Of a stretch of DNA of 64,000 bases, positions 18,048-30,379 are shown in pieces (positions within the stretch are counted from its first letter, which is position 1; each line of letters opens with the position of its first letter). Position numbers and translations under genes: made by a program. The notes beneath the pieces were generated by a model that worked only from the letters and a program-made list of their open reading frames with translations, was not told where the DNA came from and ran no database searches. Source of the stretch: Rhodospirillales bacterium (GTDB taxonomy: Bacteria; Pseudomonadota; Alphaproteobacteria; SP197); assembly GCA_014323865.1 (NCBI GenBank), contig JACONG010000016.1:253982-317981 (forward strand). Reading direction: 5' to 3'.

Positions 18048-20999
18048 ATGGCAGCCAACCGTCTCGATGCGCCCCACGGCCTGCTGATCGATCGCGACCG
18101 GCCGGTCACCTTCACCTTCGACGGCAGGACGCGCACCGGCTTTGCGGGCGACACGATCACCAGCGCGCTGTGGGCCAACGACGTGAAGATCATCTCGCGC
18201 TCGTTCAAGTACCACCGCCCCCGCGCCACGATCTCGGCGGCGGGTCACGATGCCAACGGCCTGGTGCAGATCGGCGATGAGGCCAGTGTCTCGGCCGACA
18301 CGCGCCTGGTCGAGGACGGCATGATCGTCGAGGCGCAGAACGTCGTCGGCAGCCTGGAACACGATCGCGCCCGGTATCTCGACAGGATGGCCCGCTTCCT
18401 CCCCGTCGGCTTCTACTACAAGGCGTTCTACAAGCCGAAGGGTGCCTGGAAGCGCTGGGAGCCGGTGATCCGCCGCATGGCGGGCCTGGGCAAGGTCAAC
18501 ACCGAGGCGCCCCACGGCTACTTCGACAAGCAGTACCTCTGGGCCGATGTCGCCGTTGTCGGCGGCGGCCCCGCCGGTATGGCGGCAGCCCTTGAGGCGG
18601 CTGAGGCCTCCGACGAGATCGAGGTCGTGCTGATCGAGGAAAACCCCTCGCTCGGCGGCGCGCTCACCTATGCCCGCTTCGATGCCGGGGGTCAGCGCGC
18701 GGCCAGGGAGCGTGAGAGCCTGATCGAGGCGGTCGAGGCCAGGGAGAACATCCGCGTGCTTGCCGGTGCATGCTGCAACGGCTGGTTCGCCGATCACTTC
18801 CTGCCGGTGATCCAGGGCAACCGCATGTTCAAGCTGCGCGCCAAGGCCGTCGTTGTCGCGACCGGCAGCTACGAACAGCCGCTGGTCTTCCGCAACAACG
18901 ACCTTCCGGGCGTGATGTACGGTTCGGCCGCCCAGCGTCTGGTCAACCGCTATGGCGTGAAGCCCGGCAACCGCGCGGTCATCGCCACGGCCAATCCGGA
19001 CGGTTATGCCACGGCCCTCGACCTGATCGCCGCAGGTGTCGATGTCGCCTGCATCGCCGATCTCTCCGACGAGCGCCCGCGCCACGAGCTGGCCGATGCC
19101 GTGGCCGACCACGGCATTCCGGTGTCGCTCGGCACCACGGTCTGCGAGGCCATCGCCAAGCCACACCTCAACGGTGTCGAGGGCGCGCGGGTCGCCAGGA
19201 TCACGGGCCAGGGCACCGTGGCCGAGCGCCACGATACCTTCGACTGCGACACCGTCATCTCGTCGATCGGCTGGCAGCCCTCGGCCAATCTGATCTGGCA
19301 CGCTGGCGGCAAGACGCCCTACAACGACGCGACCGCGATGTTCGAAATCGGCGCGCTGCCTGAGGGCATGTATGCCGCGGGTTCCGTCGCGGGCTGCTTC
19401 CTGATCGACACCGTGATTGAGGAAGGCCGCGCTGCGGGCTGGCAGGCCGCCAAGGACGTCGGCTTCACCAAAGGTGCGATGCCCTCGGTGCGCAACGACA
19501 AGGGCGAGCAGGGCCAGAACCATCCCTGGCCGATGTTCGAACATGCCAAGGGCAAGGATTTCATCGACTTCGACGAGGACCTGCAGATCCACGACCTCAA
19601 CAACGCGGTCAGGGAAGGCTACGCCCACGTCGAGCTGATGAAGCGCTTCTCGACCTGCGGCATGGGCCCCAGCCAGGGCCGCCACAGCTGGCTCAATGCG
19701 ATCCGTCTCAACGCCAGAGCCAACGGGCTCAGCGTCAACGAGGCCGGCATGACGACCCAGCGCCCGCCCTACACCGCCGAGAAGATCGGCGTGCTGGCCG
19801 GCCGCAGTTTCGAGCCGAAGCGTCTGACCTCCATGCATCACCGCCACGCCGAAGCAGGCGCCAGGCTGATGCTGGCGGGTCTGTGGTACCGCCCTGAGGT
19901 CTACAACCCCGGCAGCGACCGCGAGGCGGCGATCCGTGCCGAGGCGAGGAACGTGCGCGAGAATGTCGGTCTGATCGATGTCTCGACGCTCGGCGGTCTT
20001 GAGATCCGCGGTCCCGATGCGGCCGAGATGATGGAGCGGATGTACACCTGGGCCTACAGGAAGCAGCAGATCGGCCGGGCCCGCTACACGCTCATGACCG
20101 ACATGACCGGCGTCATCACCGACGACGGCGTGGCTTGCCGCTTCCATGACGAACACTACTACGTCACCGCGACCACCTCGGGCGTCGACGGCGTCTACAG
20201 GGAGATGCTGTTCTGGAACGCCCAGTGGCGCCTCAAGGTCGACGTCACCAACGTGACCGGCGCCTTCAGCGGCGTGAACATCGCAGGCCCGAAATCGCGC
20301 GAGGTGCTTGCCAGGCTGACCGACGCGGACCTCTCGGGCGAAGGCTTCCCCTACATGGGTGTGCGCATGGCGACGGTCGCGGGCATCCCCTGCCGCCTGC
20401 TGCGTGTCGGCTTCGTCGGCGAGCTCGGCTTCGAGATCCATTGCCCCGCGCATTCGGGCGAGGCGCTGTGGGACGCCATCGTGGAGGCCGGCGCCGAGCA
20501 CGGCATCAAGCCCTTCGGTGTCGAGTGCCAACGTCTGCTGCGCCTGGAGAAGGGTCACATCATCGTCAGCCAGGACACGGACGGTCTGACCAACCCGCTG
20601 GAAGCCGACATGGACTGGGCGCTCGCCAGGAAGCGCCCGTTCTTCATCGGCAAACGCTCGATCGACATCCAGCGCGACATGGTCGAGCGCAAGCTGGTCG
20701 GCTTCGAGCTCCAGGGCGGGACCAACGGCACGATCCCGAAGGAATGCCATCTCGTCATCAAGGACGGCGAGATCAAGGGGCGCGTCACGTCCTGCAGTTA
20801 CTCGCCCACCCTCGACAAGGTCATCGGGCTCGCCTATGTCGGGGCCGATCAGGCCGGGGAAGGCACGATCTTCCAGGTGCGTGTCGACTCCGGTCAGGTG
20901 GTCGGCCGAACGGTGAAGATCGACCCCAACTCGTTCGTCGACTGCAAGGTTGTGCCCTTGCCCTTCTTCGATCCGGAAAACGCCCGTCAGGAGCTGTGA
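18048..20999 (+). CDS. soxA: Sarcosine oxidase alpha subunit
   Basis: 983 aa; NAD/FAD-binding VAVVGGGPAGMAAALEAAE and C-terminal aminomethyltransferase (GcvT-like) folate-binding domain. Confidence 0.9.
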   Translation: MAANRLDAPHGLLIDRDRPVTFTFDGRTRTGFAGDTITSALWANDVKIISRSFKYHRPRATISAAGHDANGLVQIGDEASVSADTRLVEDGMIVEAQNVVGSLEHDRARYLDRMARFLPVGFYYKAFYKPKGAWKRWEPVIRRMAGLGKVNTEAPHGYFDKQYLWADVAVVGGGPAGMAAALEAAEASDEIEVVLIEENPSLGGALTYARFDAGGQRAARERESLIEAVEARENIRVLAGACCNGWFADHFLPVIQGNRMFKLRAKAVVVATGSYEQPLVFRNNDLPGVMYGSAAQRLVNRYGVKPGNRAVIATANPDGYATALDLIAAGVDVACIADLSDERPRHELADAVADHGIPVSLGTTVCEAIAKPHLNGVEGARVARITGQGTVAERHDTFDCDTVISSIGWQPSANLIWHAGGKTPYNDATAMFEIGALPEGMYAAGSVAGCFLIDTVIEEGRAAGWQAAKDVGFTKGAMPSVRNDKGEQGQNHPWPMFEHAKGKDFIDFDEDLQIHDLNNAVREGYAHVELMKRFSTCGMGPSQGRHSWLNAIRLNARANGLSVNEAGMTTQRPPYTAEKIGVLAGRSFEPKRLTSMHHRHAEAGARLMLAGLWYRPEVYNPGSDREAAIRAEARNVRENVGLIDVSTLGGLEIRGPDAAEMMERMYTWAYRKQQIGRARYTLMTDMTGVITDDGVACRFHDEHYYVTATTSGVDGVYREMLFWNAQWRLKVDVTNVTGAFSGVNIAGPKSREVLARLTDADLSGEGFPYMGVRMATVAGIPCRLLRVGFVGELGFEIHCPAHSGEALWDAIVEAGAEHGIKPFGVECQRLLRLEKGHIIVSQDTDGLTNPLEADMDWALARKRPFFIGKRSIDIQRDMVERKLVGFELQGGTNGTIPKECHLVIKDGEIKGRVTSCSYSPTLDKVIGLAYVGADQAGEGTIFQVRVDSGQVVGRTVKIDPNSFVDCKVVPLPFFDPENARQEL

Positions 21000-21002
21000 T
21001 CC

Positions 21003-21704
21003 ATGCCTGATTCGCTTCAGCCCGCGGACCGCATCCGCCGCTCCAATCTCTACCGGGTCTCGGCTGCCCTCGGTGCCCGGTGGGCCGACGTCAACGGCTT
21101 CGCCTGCGCCGCGAACTACGGCGAGGCCGCCGGAGAGGCTGCCGCCGCGACGACGCTCGGCATCGCCGACCTGACCGCCCTGCCGCGTGCCGGTTACAAG
21201 GGCTGGGACATGGCGACATGGGTCGGCGGCCAGGGAGTCGATCTGGGCGAGCCCAACACGGCAAGGGTCCAGGCCGACGGCACGCTGGCCTGCCGCCTCT
21301 CAGGCGGCGAACTGCTGCTGCTTGCCGACGACGCCGGAGACGGGGGCACGATGGACACGCTCGCGGCCGCCTGGTCGATGGAGGGCGCGGTCTGTTACCC
21401 GGTTCCGCGTTCGGACACCAACGCCCGGATCGGCATCACCGGTGCGAAGGCACCCGGGATGATGGCCAAGATGTGCGGCATTGATCTGAGGCCCCACCGC
21501 TTCGCCAACCACCGGATTGCCCAGACCAGCGTGGCGCGCATGAACGCCATCCTGATCCGCAACGATCGCGGTGAGACCTATGCCCTCGACATGGTGATCG
21601 ACAGCGCATCGATCGTTTACATGTGGGAGTGCCTGACCGATGCCATGGCCGAGTTCGACGGTCGGGCGATCGGTCTCGATGCCTTGAGAGGTCTCTCCGC
21701 CTGA
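21003..21704 (+). CDS. soxG: Sarcosine oxidase gamma subunit
   Basis: 233 aa following soxA by 3 bp; SoxG-family position and size. Confidence 0.8.
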   Translation: MPDSLQPADRIRRSNLYRVSAALGARWADVNGFACAANYGEAAGEAAAATTLGIADLTALPRAGYKGWDMATWVGGQGVDLGEPNTARVQADGTLACRLSGGELLLLADDAGDGGTMDTLAAAWSMEGAVCYPVPRSDTNARIGITGAKAPGMMAKMCGIDLRPHRFANHRIAQTSVARMNAILIRNDRGETYALDMVIDSASIVYMWECLTDAMAEFDGRAIGLDALRGLSA

Positions 21705-21862
21705 ACGCAGCCGGTGCTGCTCTTCCCGTTCGTCGATTCCGACCGGAGATGAGCCGTGGCCCTACAGGCATGTCCCTGCCCTGGCAGCCGACCCGAGGGT
21801 CATGCGCCACCCGCTCGTCGAGCCCGGTTCTACGATGTCAAATCGGCGCAGGGCAGGCATGC

Positions 21863-21937
21863 GTTCAGAAAATGAACTTGACCCTTGGGTTCATGGGGTG
21901 AACATTATGCGCCCGGCTGGTGAAGGCGATTCACCGG
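21863..21937. promoter_or_regulatory. Three TTCA/TGAA palindromes (candidate operator) around a TTGACC -35-like hexamer, upstream of the glycan operon
   Basis: GTTCAgaaaaTGAAC (21863-21877), TTGACC (21878-21883), GTTCAtggggTGAAC (21889-21903), GGTGAAggcgaTTCACC (21922-21938). The first two are identical 5-N5-5 inverted repeats spaced 26 bp centre to centre. Confidence 0.35.
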
Positions 21938-22240
21938 CCCTGCGGTAGCCTGGAGGCAGACGCCGCCCGCCACCGTATCCGGAAGCTTCAGGCTCCACCC
22001 CGCACACGGTCGGCTCATCATCATGTCTTCCCGCGCATTCGACACGCCGTTGCCAGATCTCGACAGCGTCTCGGTCCTTGTCACGGGCGGCCTCGGCACC
22101 CGCTTCGGTGTCGCCAAATCCGACCACGATGCCTTCCGCCACGACGGACTCGGCCTGTGAGCAGGTCTGACGCTTCCCTCAAGGATCCCGGCACGTCGGA
22201 CGCGCGCCTCGGTCTCGGCAAGACCCGGTTCTGGCCTACC

Positions 22241-23982
<1,742 letters not shown>

Positions 23983-23986
<4 letters not shown>

Positions 23987-24255
23987 ACGATGTCGCCATG
24001 GTCTGCGGCGGCCCCGTCGTGCTGACCGGCATCAGGGACCTGTGGTCGCCCGGCCTCTGCAAGGACGGTGAGCACTGCCTGCCGGTTCCGCCCACGGACC
24101 CGCAGGCGACTGCCGCAGCGGTCGCACACATCCAGGGCGATGCAGGGCTTGCCGCTTCCCCGGGCGAGGCCGCGCGCCAGGTGACGCTCGAAGGCTTCCC
24201 GCTGAAGCGTATGGATGACGGGCTTGAATCCCCGGTACGGATGGGCGGGGCATGA
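23983..24255 (+). CDS. Hypothetical 90-aa protein, translationally coupled (ATGA) to the ABC exporter
   Basis: High GC3, start overlaps upstream stop, stop overlaps next start; no recognisable motif. Confidence 0.4.
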
Positions 24256-24665
24256 AGGTCGCGATCGGTTACCACGTGCAGGACGGTGCCTGGGGTGGCG
24301 GCAACCGCTTCGCCAAGTCCCTGGCTGCCGGGCTCGAAGCGCGTGGCGACCGGGTCGTCTACGACCTCCGTGACGACGATATCGACGTTCTGGTCCTGAC
24401 CGACCCGCGCAGCCGCAGTCCCAACATCTCGTTCGCTGCCGCGGCCTGCCTGCGTTACCTGCGCAGACGGCCCGAGGCGGTTGTCATTCATCGCATCGAC
24501 AAACCCGCCGGGACGCTCCGGAGCATCGCACTCGGGACACTCAACATGCTGGAGACCATGCGCATCGTCGGCGGCTCGATCCGCTTCTGCAACGCCTGCT
24601 GCTCCGATTGCTTCGGCAATATCGGCGGTGTCGCCGCCGAACATGAGTCCGTGCAGCCAGCATGA
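24252..24665 (+). CDS. Hypothetical 137-aa protein resembling a stand-alone GT4 N-terminal Rossmann subdomain
   Basis: MKVAIGYHVQDGAWGGGNRFAKSLAAGLEARGDRVVYDL resembles the first beta-alpha-beta/Gly-loop of GT4 enzymes; high GC3; overlapping start/stop with neighbours. Confidence 0.45.
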   Translation: MKVAIGYHVQDGAWGGGNRFAKSLAAGLEARGDRVVYDLRDDDIDVLVLTDPRSRSPNISFAAAACLRYLRRRPEAVVIHRIDKPAGTLRSIALGTLNMLETMRIVGGSIRFCNACCSDCFGNIGGVAAEHESVQPA

Positions 24666-25786
24666 TGGGTCGTCTCAAGCAGGTTTTGCGGCCCGTCGTG
24701 CGCGGCGGGATGGCCTGTGCCGGTCTCGCGGCAACGCGCACCGGTATGCGGCGCAGGGATCCCGCACCGGTCCACTTCGTCATCGAGAAGCAGGACTGGG
24801 CGACCCGTCGGGTCGGCACCGGCGTGCGCGACGGTGTCGAACGGCATCATCCCGGCAAGGTCGCCCTGGTGCTCAACGCGGTGGGCGCCGAACGCAAGGT
24901 GGTCCACTACGGTTCGCAATACATGTGGGAGGCTTGGCAGCGCTTCCTGCCGTCGTCGAACCGCTATGTCACGTCGTTCTTCCACGGCAAGCCGGAGGAC
25001 GGGCCAGACATTGCGCGCCACATCGACCGCTTCCTTGCGAGCGTGCCGCGTCTCAGTCGCGTCGTGGCCTCGAACAGCCTGCTGATGGACCGTCTTTCGG
25101 GATGGGGTGTGCCGGCCGACAAGCTGGTCCGGATTCCCATCGGCACGGACACCGCCCTGTTCCAGCCGCCGACGCCCGACCGGCGCCGCGCTGCCCGGCA
25201 GAGATGGGGTGTGCCCGCCGATGCTGTCGCCATCGGCAGTTTTCAGAAGGACGGCATCGGCTGGGGTGCCGGTATGGAGCCCAAGCTGATCAAGGGGCCC
25301 GACATCCTGGTTGAGGCGGTGGCCGCCATGGCGAAACAGTGCAAGGTCCACGTCATCCTGACCGGCCCCGCGCGCGGCTACGTGAAGGCCGGACTCGCCC
25401 GGCGCGACATTCCGTTCACCCATGACTATCTCGCCGACTACGCCGAACTGACCAGCGCCTACCATGCGCTCGATATCTATCTCATGACATCCCGCGAGGA
25501 GGGCGGGCCGATGGCCCTGATGGAGAGCATGGCCAGTCACGTGCCGGTCGTCTCGACCCCGGTCGGCATGGCTCCGGACCTGATCGATGACGGCGAAACC
25601 GGCTGGCTCACCCCGATCGATGCCACAGCGATCGCCGCGGTGGCGCTTGGCGCGCTCGATCGTCCCGAGCCGCAGCGGGTGCTGGCGGCGGCGCGCGAAC
25701 GGGTTCTCGGCTGCGACTGGAAGGTGGTGGCCGACAGCCACTGGAAGCAGGTCTATCGGCCACTGATGGACGAGCTGGGCCTCTGA
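24662..25786 (+). CDS. Glycosyltransferase family 4
   Basis: C-terminal GT4 catalytic motif EGGPMALMESMASHVPVVSTPVGMAPDLIDDGETGWL (E-x7-E type). Confidence 0.8.
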   Translation: MMGRLKQVLRPVVRGGMACAGLAATRTGMRRRDPAPVHFVIEKQDWATRRVGTGVRDGVERHHPGKVALVLNAVGAERKVVHYGSQYMWEAWQRFLPSSNRYVTSFFHGKPEDGPDIARHIDRFLASVPRLSRVVASNSLLMDRLSGWGVPADKLVRIPIGTDTALFQPPTPDRRRAARQRWGVPADAVAIGSFQKDGIGWGAGMEPKLIKGPDILVEAVAAMAKQCKVHVILTGPARGYVKAGLARRDIPFTHDYLADYAELTSAYHALDIYLMTSREEGGPMALMESMASHVPVVSTPVGMAPDLIDDGETGWLTPIDATAIAAVALGALDRPEPQRVLAAARERVLGCDWKVVADSHWKQVYRPLMDELGL

Positions 25787-26883
25787 TGGCGGGCAAGCGC
25801 GACCCCCTGCTCAAGCGCGCGCTGCGCACCGGCTACCGCACGGCGCTGGCCGCCGAGACGGCCCTGACCGCACGCCGACGGCGCGGTGCGCCGCGTGTCT
25901 GGTATGCCGGTGCGCGTTCGGGCTCGGGCGGCGGACCGCTGGTCAAGGTTGCCCGATTGCGCGAGCACTTTCCCGAGGCACGCGGCTCCTACAATCTGGT
26001 CTATCTGCTGAGCAATGCACCTTATCTCGACCGAGGTTCGCTGACCACGCTCCGGCGTCGCAAGGTGCCTGTGGTGCTGAACCAGAACGGCGTGTTCCAC
26101 GAGGCATGGTTCGACGGCGACTGGCGGGCGAAGAACCGGGAGATGGCCGCCGCCTATCATCTGGCCGACCACGTCTTCTGGCAGAGCGACTTCTGCCGGC
26201 GCTGCGCCCAGCGCTTTCTCGGCGAACGCGATGGCGCGGGCGAGGTGCTGTTCAACGCCGTCGACACCGGGCGTTTCGCACCGGCGGCCAGGCGGCCGGA
26301 GCGGCCGGTCACGTTCCTTGTCGCCGGCAAGATCGAACATCATCTCTACCCCCGGATCGGCGATGCGCTTGAGGCCGTCGCTCGCCTGCGTCATGACGGG
26401 CGGAACATTGTGCTGCGTATCGCCGGCTCTCTCGACGCCCGGTCCGAGTCTGCGTTTCGCGGCGATGTCGCCCGGCTCTCCCTGGAGGATGCCGCAACAT
26501 GGACCGGGCCCTACAGCCAGCAGGATGCTCCGGACATGTACCGCAGCGCGGATGTCTACCTCTTGACAAAGCCCAGCGATCCCTGCCCGAACACGGTGCT
26601 GGAGGCGCTCGCCTGCGGCCTGCCGGTGGTCTACTCGGCCACCGGCGGCGTGCCGGAACTGGTGGGTGAGGACGCCGGTTGGCCACTGGCCTGCGAGGAG
26701 TCGTTCGAACGCATGGTCTGGCCGTCGATCGACGATCTGGCCTCGGCGATGGCCGAGGCGGCGGATGCCTTTGGGGACAAGGTTGAGGCGGCCCGCGACC
26801 GTGCTGTTGCGCGTTACGACATCGGCCATTGGATCGGTCGCCATCGTGCCGTGTTCGAAGCCCTGCTGGCGGATCGCCCATGA
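25786..26883 (+). CDS. Glycosyltransferase family 4
   Basis: C-terminal motif CPNTVLEALACGLPVVYSATGGVPELVGEDAGW; start overlaps previous stop (TGATG). Confidence 0.8.
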   Translation: MAGKRDPLLKRALRTGYRTALAAETALTARRRRGAPRVWYAGARSGSGGGPLVKVARLREHFPEARGSYNLVYLLSNAPYLDRGSLTTLRRRKVPVVLNQNGVFHEAWFDGDWRAKNREMAAAYHLADHVFWQSDFCRRCAQRFLGERDGAGEVLFNAVDTGRFAPAARRPERPVTFLVAGKIEHHLYPRIGDALEAVARLRHDGRNIVLRIAGSLDARSESAFRGDVARLSLEDAATWTGPYSQQDAPDMYRSADVYLLTKPSDPCPNTVLEALACGLPVVYSATGGVPELVGEDAGWPLACEESFERMVWPSIDDLASAMAEAADAFGDKVEAARDRAVARYDIGHWIGRHRAVFEALLADRP

Positions 26884-27647
26884 GCATGAAAGCGCTTGCC
26901 CTGGGTGTGGTCCGCGCCACCGGATTTGTCGCCGGCCTGGTGCCGCGTGGGCTCCGGTCCCGCCTTGTCTTTGCCCTGCTGGTTCTCGAATCGCGCATCG
27001 GCAGCCCGGCCGACGCCCTGCGCCAGCTCTACCGGACCCAGGACGATCTCGAACTGCTGCTGGCCGAGCGCGCGACCGCCTATGGCAAGGGTATCCATCC
27101 CAAGCACCGCCTGACCCGCTATCACGACTACTTCATCGACCGCATCGGCGATTCGGCGCGGGTGCTGGACATCGGCTGCGGCTATGGCGAGGTGGCGCGT
27201 GGGATCGCCCGTGCACGGCCGGGCGTGACCGTGATGGGGGTCGAGATCGAGGAGAGTCTGATCCGCCAGGCCGAAGCGGGCGACAATCCTGCCAACCTCT
27301 CGTTCGTCTGTGCCGATGCCACCCGCAGCCTGCCCGACGGACCATGGACGACGGTGGTGCTGTCGAACATCCTCGAACATCTGGAGGATCGCGTCGGTTT
27401 CCTGCGCGATCTTCTCGCCGCGCAGCAGCCCGCCGATGTTCTGATCCGCGTGCCGGCCTTCGAACGCCACTGGCACATTCCCATGCGCAGGGAACTGGGC
27501 ATGGGTTACTTCTCGGACCGTACGCACGTCATCGAACACACGATCGAGGCGTTTCGCAGCGAGGTGGAGGCCTCGGGCCTCATGATTGTCGAGCTGCGCA
27601 CCGTGTGGGGCGAGATCTGGGCTGCCTGCAAGCCGGCCGATGGTTGA
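26880..27647 (+). CDS. Class I SAM-dependent methyltransferase
   Basis: Motif I VLDIGCGYGEVA, post-I acidic residue (GVEIEE), motif II/III region; ATG 26880 overlaps upstream stop (ATGA). Confidence 0.8.
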   Translation: MSMKALALGVVRATGFVAGLVPRGLRSRLVFALLVLESRIGSPADALRQLYRTQDDLELLLAERATAYGKGIHPKHRLTRYHDYFIDRIGDSARVLDIGCGYGEVARGIARARPGVTVMGVEIEESLIRQAEAGDNPANLSFVCADATRSLPDGPWTTVVLSNILEHLEDRVGFLRDLLAAQQPADVLIRVPAFERHWHIPMRRELGMGYFSDRTHVIEHTIEAFRSEVEASGLMIVELRTVWGEIWAACKPADG

Positions 27648-28488
27648 CGTCTCGATCGTCCTGCCCTGCTACAACGCCCATGTCTTCCTGGACGAGGCGG
27701 TCGCCAGTGCGCGTGCGCAGACGCTGGCCGCCAGGGAGATCATCGTCATCGACGACGGTTCGACCGCGCCCGAAACCGCGGCCGCGCTCGCGGCCCTGCC
27801 GGCCGATGTCAGGCTCGTTCATCAGGAGAACCGGGGCCTCGGAGGTGCGCGCAATCGCGGGTTCGAGGAGGCAAGAGGTCGTTACGTCCTGCCGCTCGAC
27901 TGCGACGACTGGATCGAGCCCGGCTATGCCGAAAAGGCGCTGGCGCTGATCGCAGGGCGCGACGACGCCTTCGTCCATCCCTGGATCGACGCCTTCGGCC
28001 AGCATGAGGCCGTGCTGGAAAAGCATTGGAACCTGTTCGAGCAGCTGGTCAGCAATCAGATGCCCTATTGCATGCTGATCCCCAAGACGCTGTGGCAGCG
28101 CGTGGGCGGCTACGACGAATCCATGCGTCTGGGCTACGAAGACTGGGACTTCAACATTCGCCTCGGTCTCGTGGGTGCCGAGGCCCTCTGCCTGCCCGAG
28201 GCGGTCTTTCACTACCGCGTTGCCGCCAGCGGTATGCTGCAGGCGATGTCGCATCAGAGGCACGGCCAGCTCTGGCGCATCATCCAGCAGAAGCACCCGG
28301 AAAGTTACAGCCTCAGCGGCCTCCTGGGCCATATGCGCGCCTGGTCGGGCCGGCCCAGGGCGCATGCGACATGGCAGCTTCTGGCATTCTACGCCGCCCA
28401 CCGGGTGCTGCCCGACGCGCTGTTCTCGCGTCTGTTCCGCGCCGTACTGCAGCGCAGTCACCTGCGGCGTGCGGCGGCCGGGGCCTGA
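27640..28488 (+). CDS. Glycosyltransferase family 2
   Basis: VSIVLPCYNAHVFLDEAVASARAQT…IVIDDGST…DCDD (DxD) GT-A signature; ATG 27640 overlaps upstream gene by 8 bp. Confidence 0.8.
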   Translation: MVDVSIVLPCYNAHVFLDEAVASARAQTLAAREIIVIDDGSTAPETAAALAALPADVRLVHQENRGLGGARNRGFEEARGRYVLPLDCDDWIEPGYAEKALALIAGRDDAFVHPWIDAFGQHEAVLEKHWNLFEQLVSNQMPYCMLIPKTLWQRVGGYDESMRLGYEDWDFNIRLGLVGAEALCLPEAVFHYRVAASGMLQAMSHQRHGQLWRIIQQKHPESYSLSGLLGHMRAWSGRPRAHATWQLLAFYAAHRVLPDALFSRLFRAVLQRSHLRRAAAGA

Positions 28489-28489
28489 G

Positions 28490-30379
28490 ATGTGCGGGCT
28501 CGCGGGCCTTGTCGACCGCAACGGCCTTGATCGTGACGCTGCGGTGCCGGGCCTGGAGCGGGCCGTGCGACGGCTGCACCCGCGCGGCCCCGACGACAAC
28601 GGTATGTGGTTTGACGGTCATGCCGCTCTGGGCCATACCCGCCTCGCCATCGTCGATCTCTCGGCAGCCGGCCGCCAGCCCATGGTGCGTGGCAGCCTGG
28701 CGCTTGCCTACAACGGTGAGATCTACAACCACGCCGAACTCCGCGCCGAGTTGGAGGAGGCCGGCACCGTCTTCGAAGGACACTCCGACACCGAGGTCCT
28801 GATCCGCGCCTGGGAACGCTGGGGTGAGGGCGTGCTCAACCGGCTCAACGGCATGTTCGCCTTCGCACTCTGGGATACCGCCCGGAAGGCGCTTTTCCTG
28901 GCCCGTGACCGTTTCGGCAAGAAGCCGCTGCTGTTCGCCCGGACCGGCACCCGGCTTGCCTTCGCTTCGGACCTCGTCGCGCTCGAGGCGGTCGAGGGCA
29001 CCCGGCGCGACGTCGACCCCGCCGCCCTGCGCCTGCTCTTTGCCCTGCGCTGGCTGCCGGAGCCCTGGTCGATCGCCGCCGGCGTCCGGCACCTGGCACC
29101 CGGCCATGTCGCGCGGTTCGATCGCGACGGCATGGCCATGCGCTCCTTCGTCGAGCCCGAAACGCTGGAGACCTACACCGATGAGGAGACCGCCGCGGCC
29201 GATCTCGTCGGACGCTTCGATGCGGCCGTGGCAAGACGCATGGTCGCCGACGTGCCGGTCGGCGCCTATCTCTCGGGCGGAATCGATTCGGCGCTGGTGG
29301 TCGCCGCCATGGTGCGCAACGCCTCGACGGTTCGCACCTGCACCGTCGGCTTTGCCGATGTGCCGGCCTATTACGAGGAGCGGCCCCAGGCGCGTGCGGT
29401 CGCCGACCATCTGGGCACCGAGCACACCGAGATCGAACTTGGCGCCGACGATGCGCTGGCCGCCGTCGGGCCGCTGTTCGACGGGCTCGACGAACCCTTC
29501 GCCGATTCCTCCGCCCTGCCGAGCTTCGTGCTCGCGCGTGAGACCCGGCGGCATGTCACCGTGGCACTCTCGGGCGACGGCGGCGATGAGGTGTTCGGCG
29601 GCTACCGGCTCTATCGGGCCGAGCTCTACGCCGAGGCCTACCGGCGCCTGCCCGGCTGGCTGCGTTCGTCGGCCATCGAACCCGCCGCGCGGCATCTGCC
29701 CGACGCCAAGGGTGGCCGGTTGGCTGAGCTCTCGCGCCGCGCGCGGCGGTTTCTGGATCACGCCGGCAAACAGGCCATTGCGCGCCGTGCCGGTCTGGCC
29801 CGGCTGCTGGAGGAGGATGAACTCGACCGGCTCCTGGTGCACCCGTCCGGCCACACGCCCACAGTCGAGGTTCTCTTCGCGGCCGCGCGGCCGAAAACCG
29901 GTGCCGATCCCCTGACCGCGATGCTGATGGGCGACCAGCGAACGATTCTGCCCGGCGACATGCTGGCGAAGGTCGACCGCACCTCGATGGCCAATTCGCT
30001 CGAGGTGCGATCGCCCTTTCTCGACGCGAGCGTGGTGGATTGCGCCAATGCCATGCCCGGCGCCTTCAAGATCCGGCGCGGCGCGGGCAAGGCGATCCTT
30101 CGGCGCGCGTTTGCGGGACGCGTCCCCGCCGCTGTCTTCCGCCGTCCGAAGAAGGGCTTCGAACTGCCCATCGACCGCTGGCTGGCCGGTCCGCTCAGCG
30201 ATCTCGTCAAGGCGTCCTGCGATGCGGAACGCCTGCGGCGGCAGGGCCTGATTGATCCGGACCTGCCCGGACGCTGGCGCGACGATCTGCTGGCCGGACG
30301 ACGCGACACATCCTGGCAGCTCTGGACGCTGATTGCCTTTCAGGCCTGGGCCGACCGGCGCGCGCGGGCGCTGCCGTGA
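28490..30379 (+). CDS. Asparagine synthetase (glutamine-hydrolysing) family amidotransferase (AsnB/WbpS-like)
   Basis: N-terminal nucleophile MCGLAGL (Cys2), class II glutaminase domain (…GHTRLAIVDLSAAG…YNGEIYNH…), synthetase domain with PP-loop SGGIDSALV. ATG 28490 is 1 bp after the GT2 stop. Confidence 0.85.
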   Translation: MCGLAGLVDRNGLDRDAAVPGLERAVRRLHPRGPDDNGMWFDGHAALGHTRLAIVDLSAAGRQPMVRGSLALAYNGEIYNHAELRAELEEAGTVFEGHSDTEVLIRAWERWGEGVLNRLNGMFAFALWDTARKALFLARDRFGKKPLLFARTGTRLAFASDLVALEAVEGTRRDVDPAALRLLFALRWLPEPWSIAAGVRHLAPGHVARFDRDGMAMRSFVEPETLETYTDEETAAADLVGRFDAAVARRMVADVPVGAYLSGGIDSALVVAAMVRNASTVRTCTVGFADVPAYYEERPQARAVADHLGTEHTEIELGADDALAAVGPLFDGLDEPFADSSALPSFVLARETRRHVTVALSGDGGDEVFGGYRLYRAELYAEAYRRLPGWLRSSAIEPAARHLPDAKGGRLAELSRRARRFLDHAGKQAIARRAGLARLLEEDELDRLLVHPSGHTPTVEVLFAAARPKTGADPLTAMLMGDQRTILPGDMLAKVDRTSMANSLEVRSPFLDASVVDCANAMPGAFKIRRGAGKAILRRAFAGRVPAAVFRRPKKGFELPIDRWLAGPLSDLVKASCDAERLRRQGLIDPDLPGRWRDDLLAGRRDTSWQLWTLIAFQAWADRRARALP

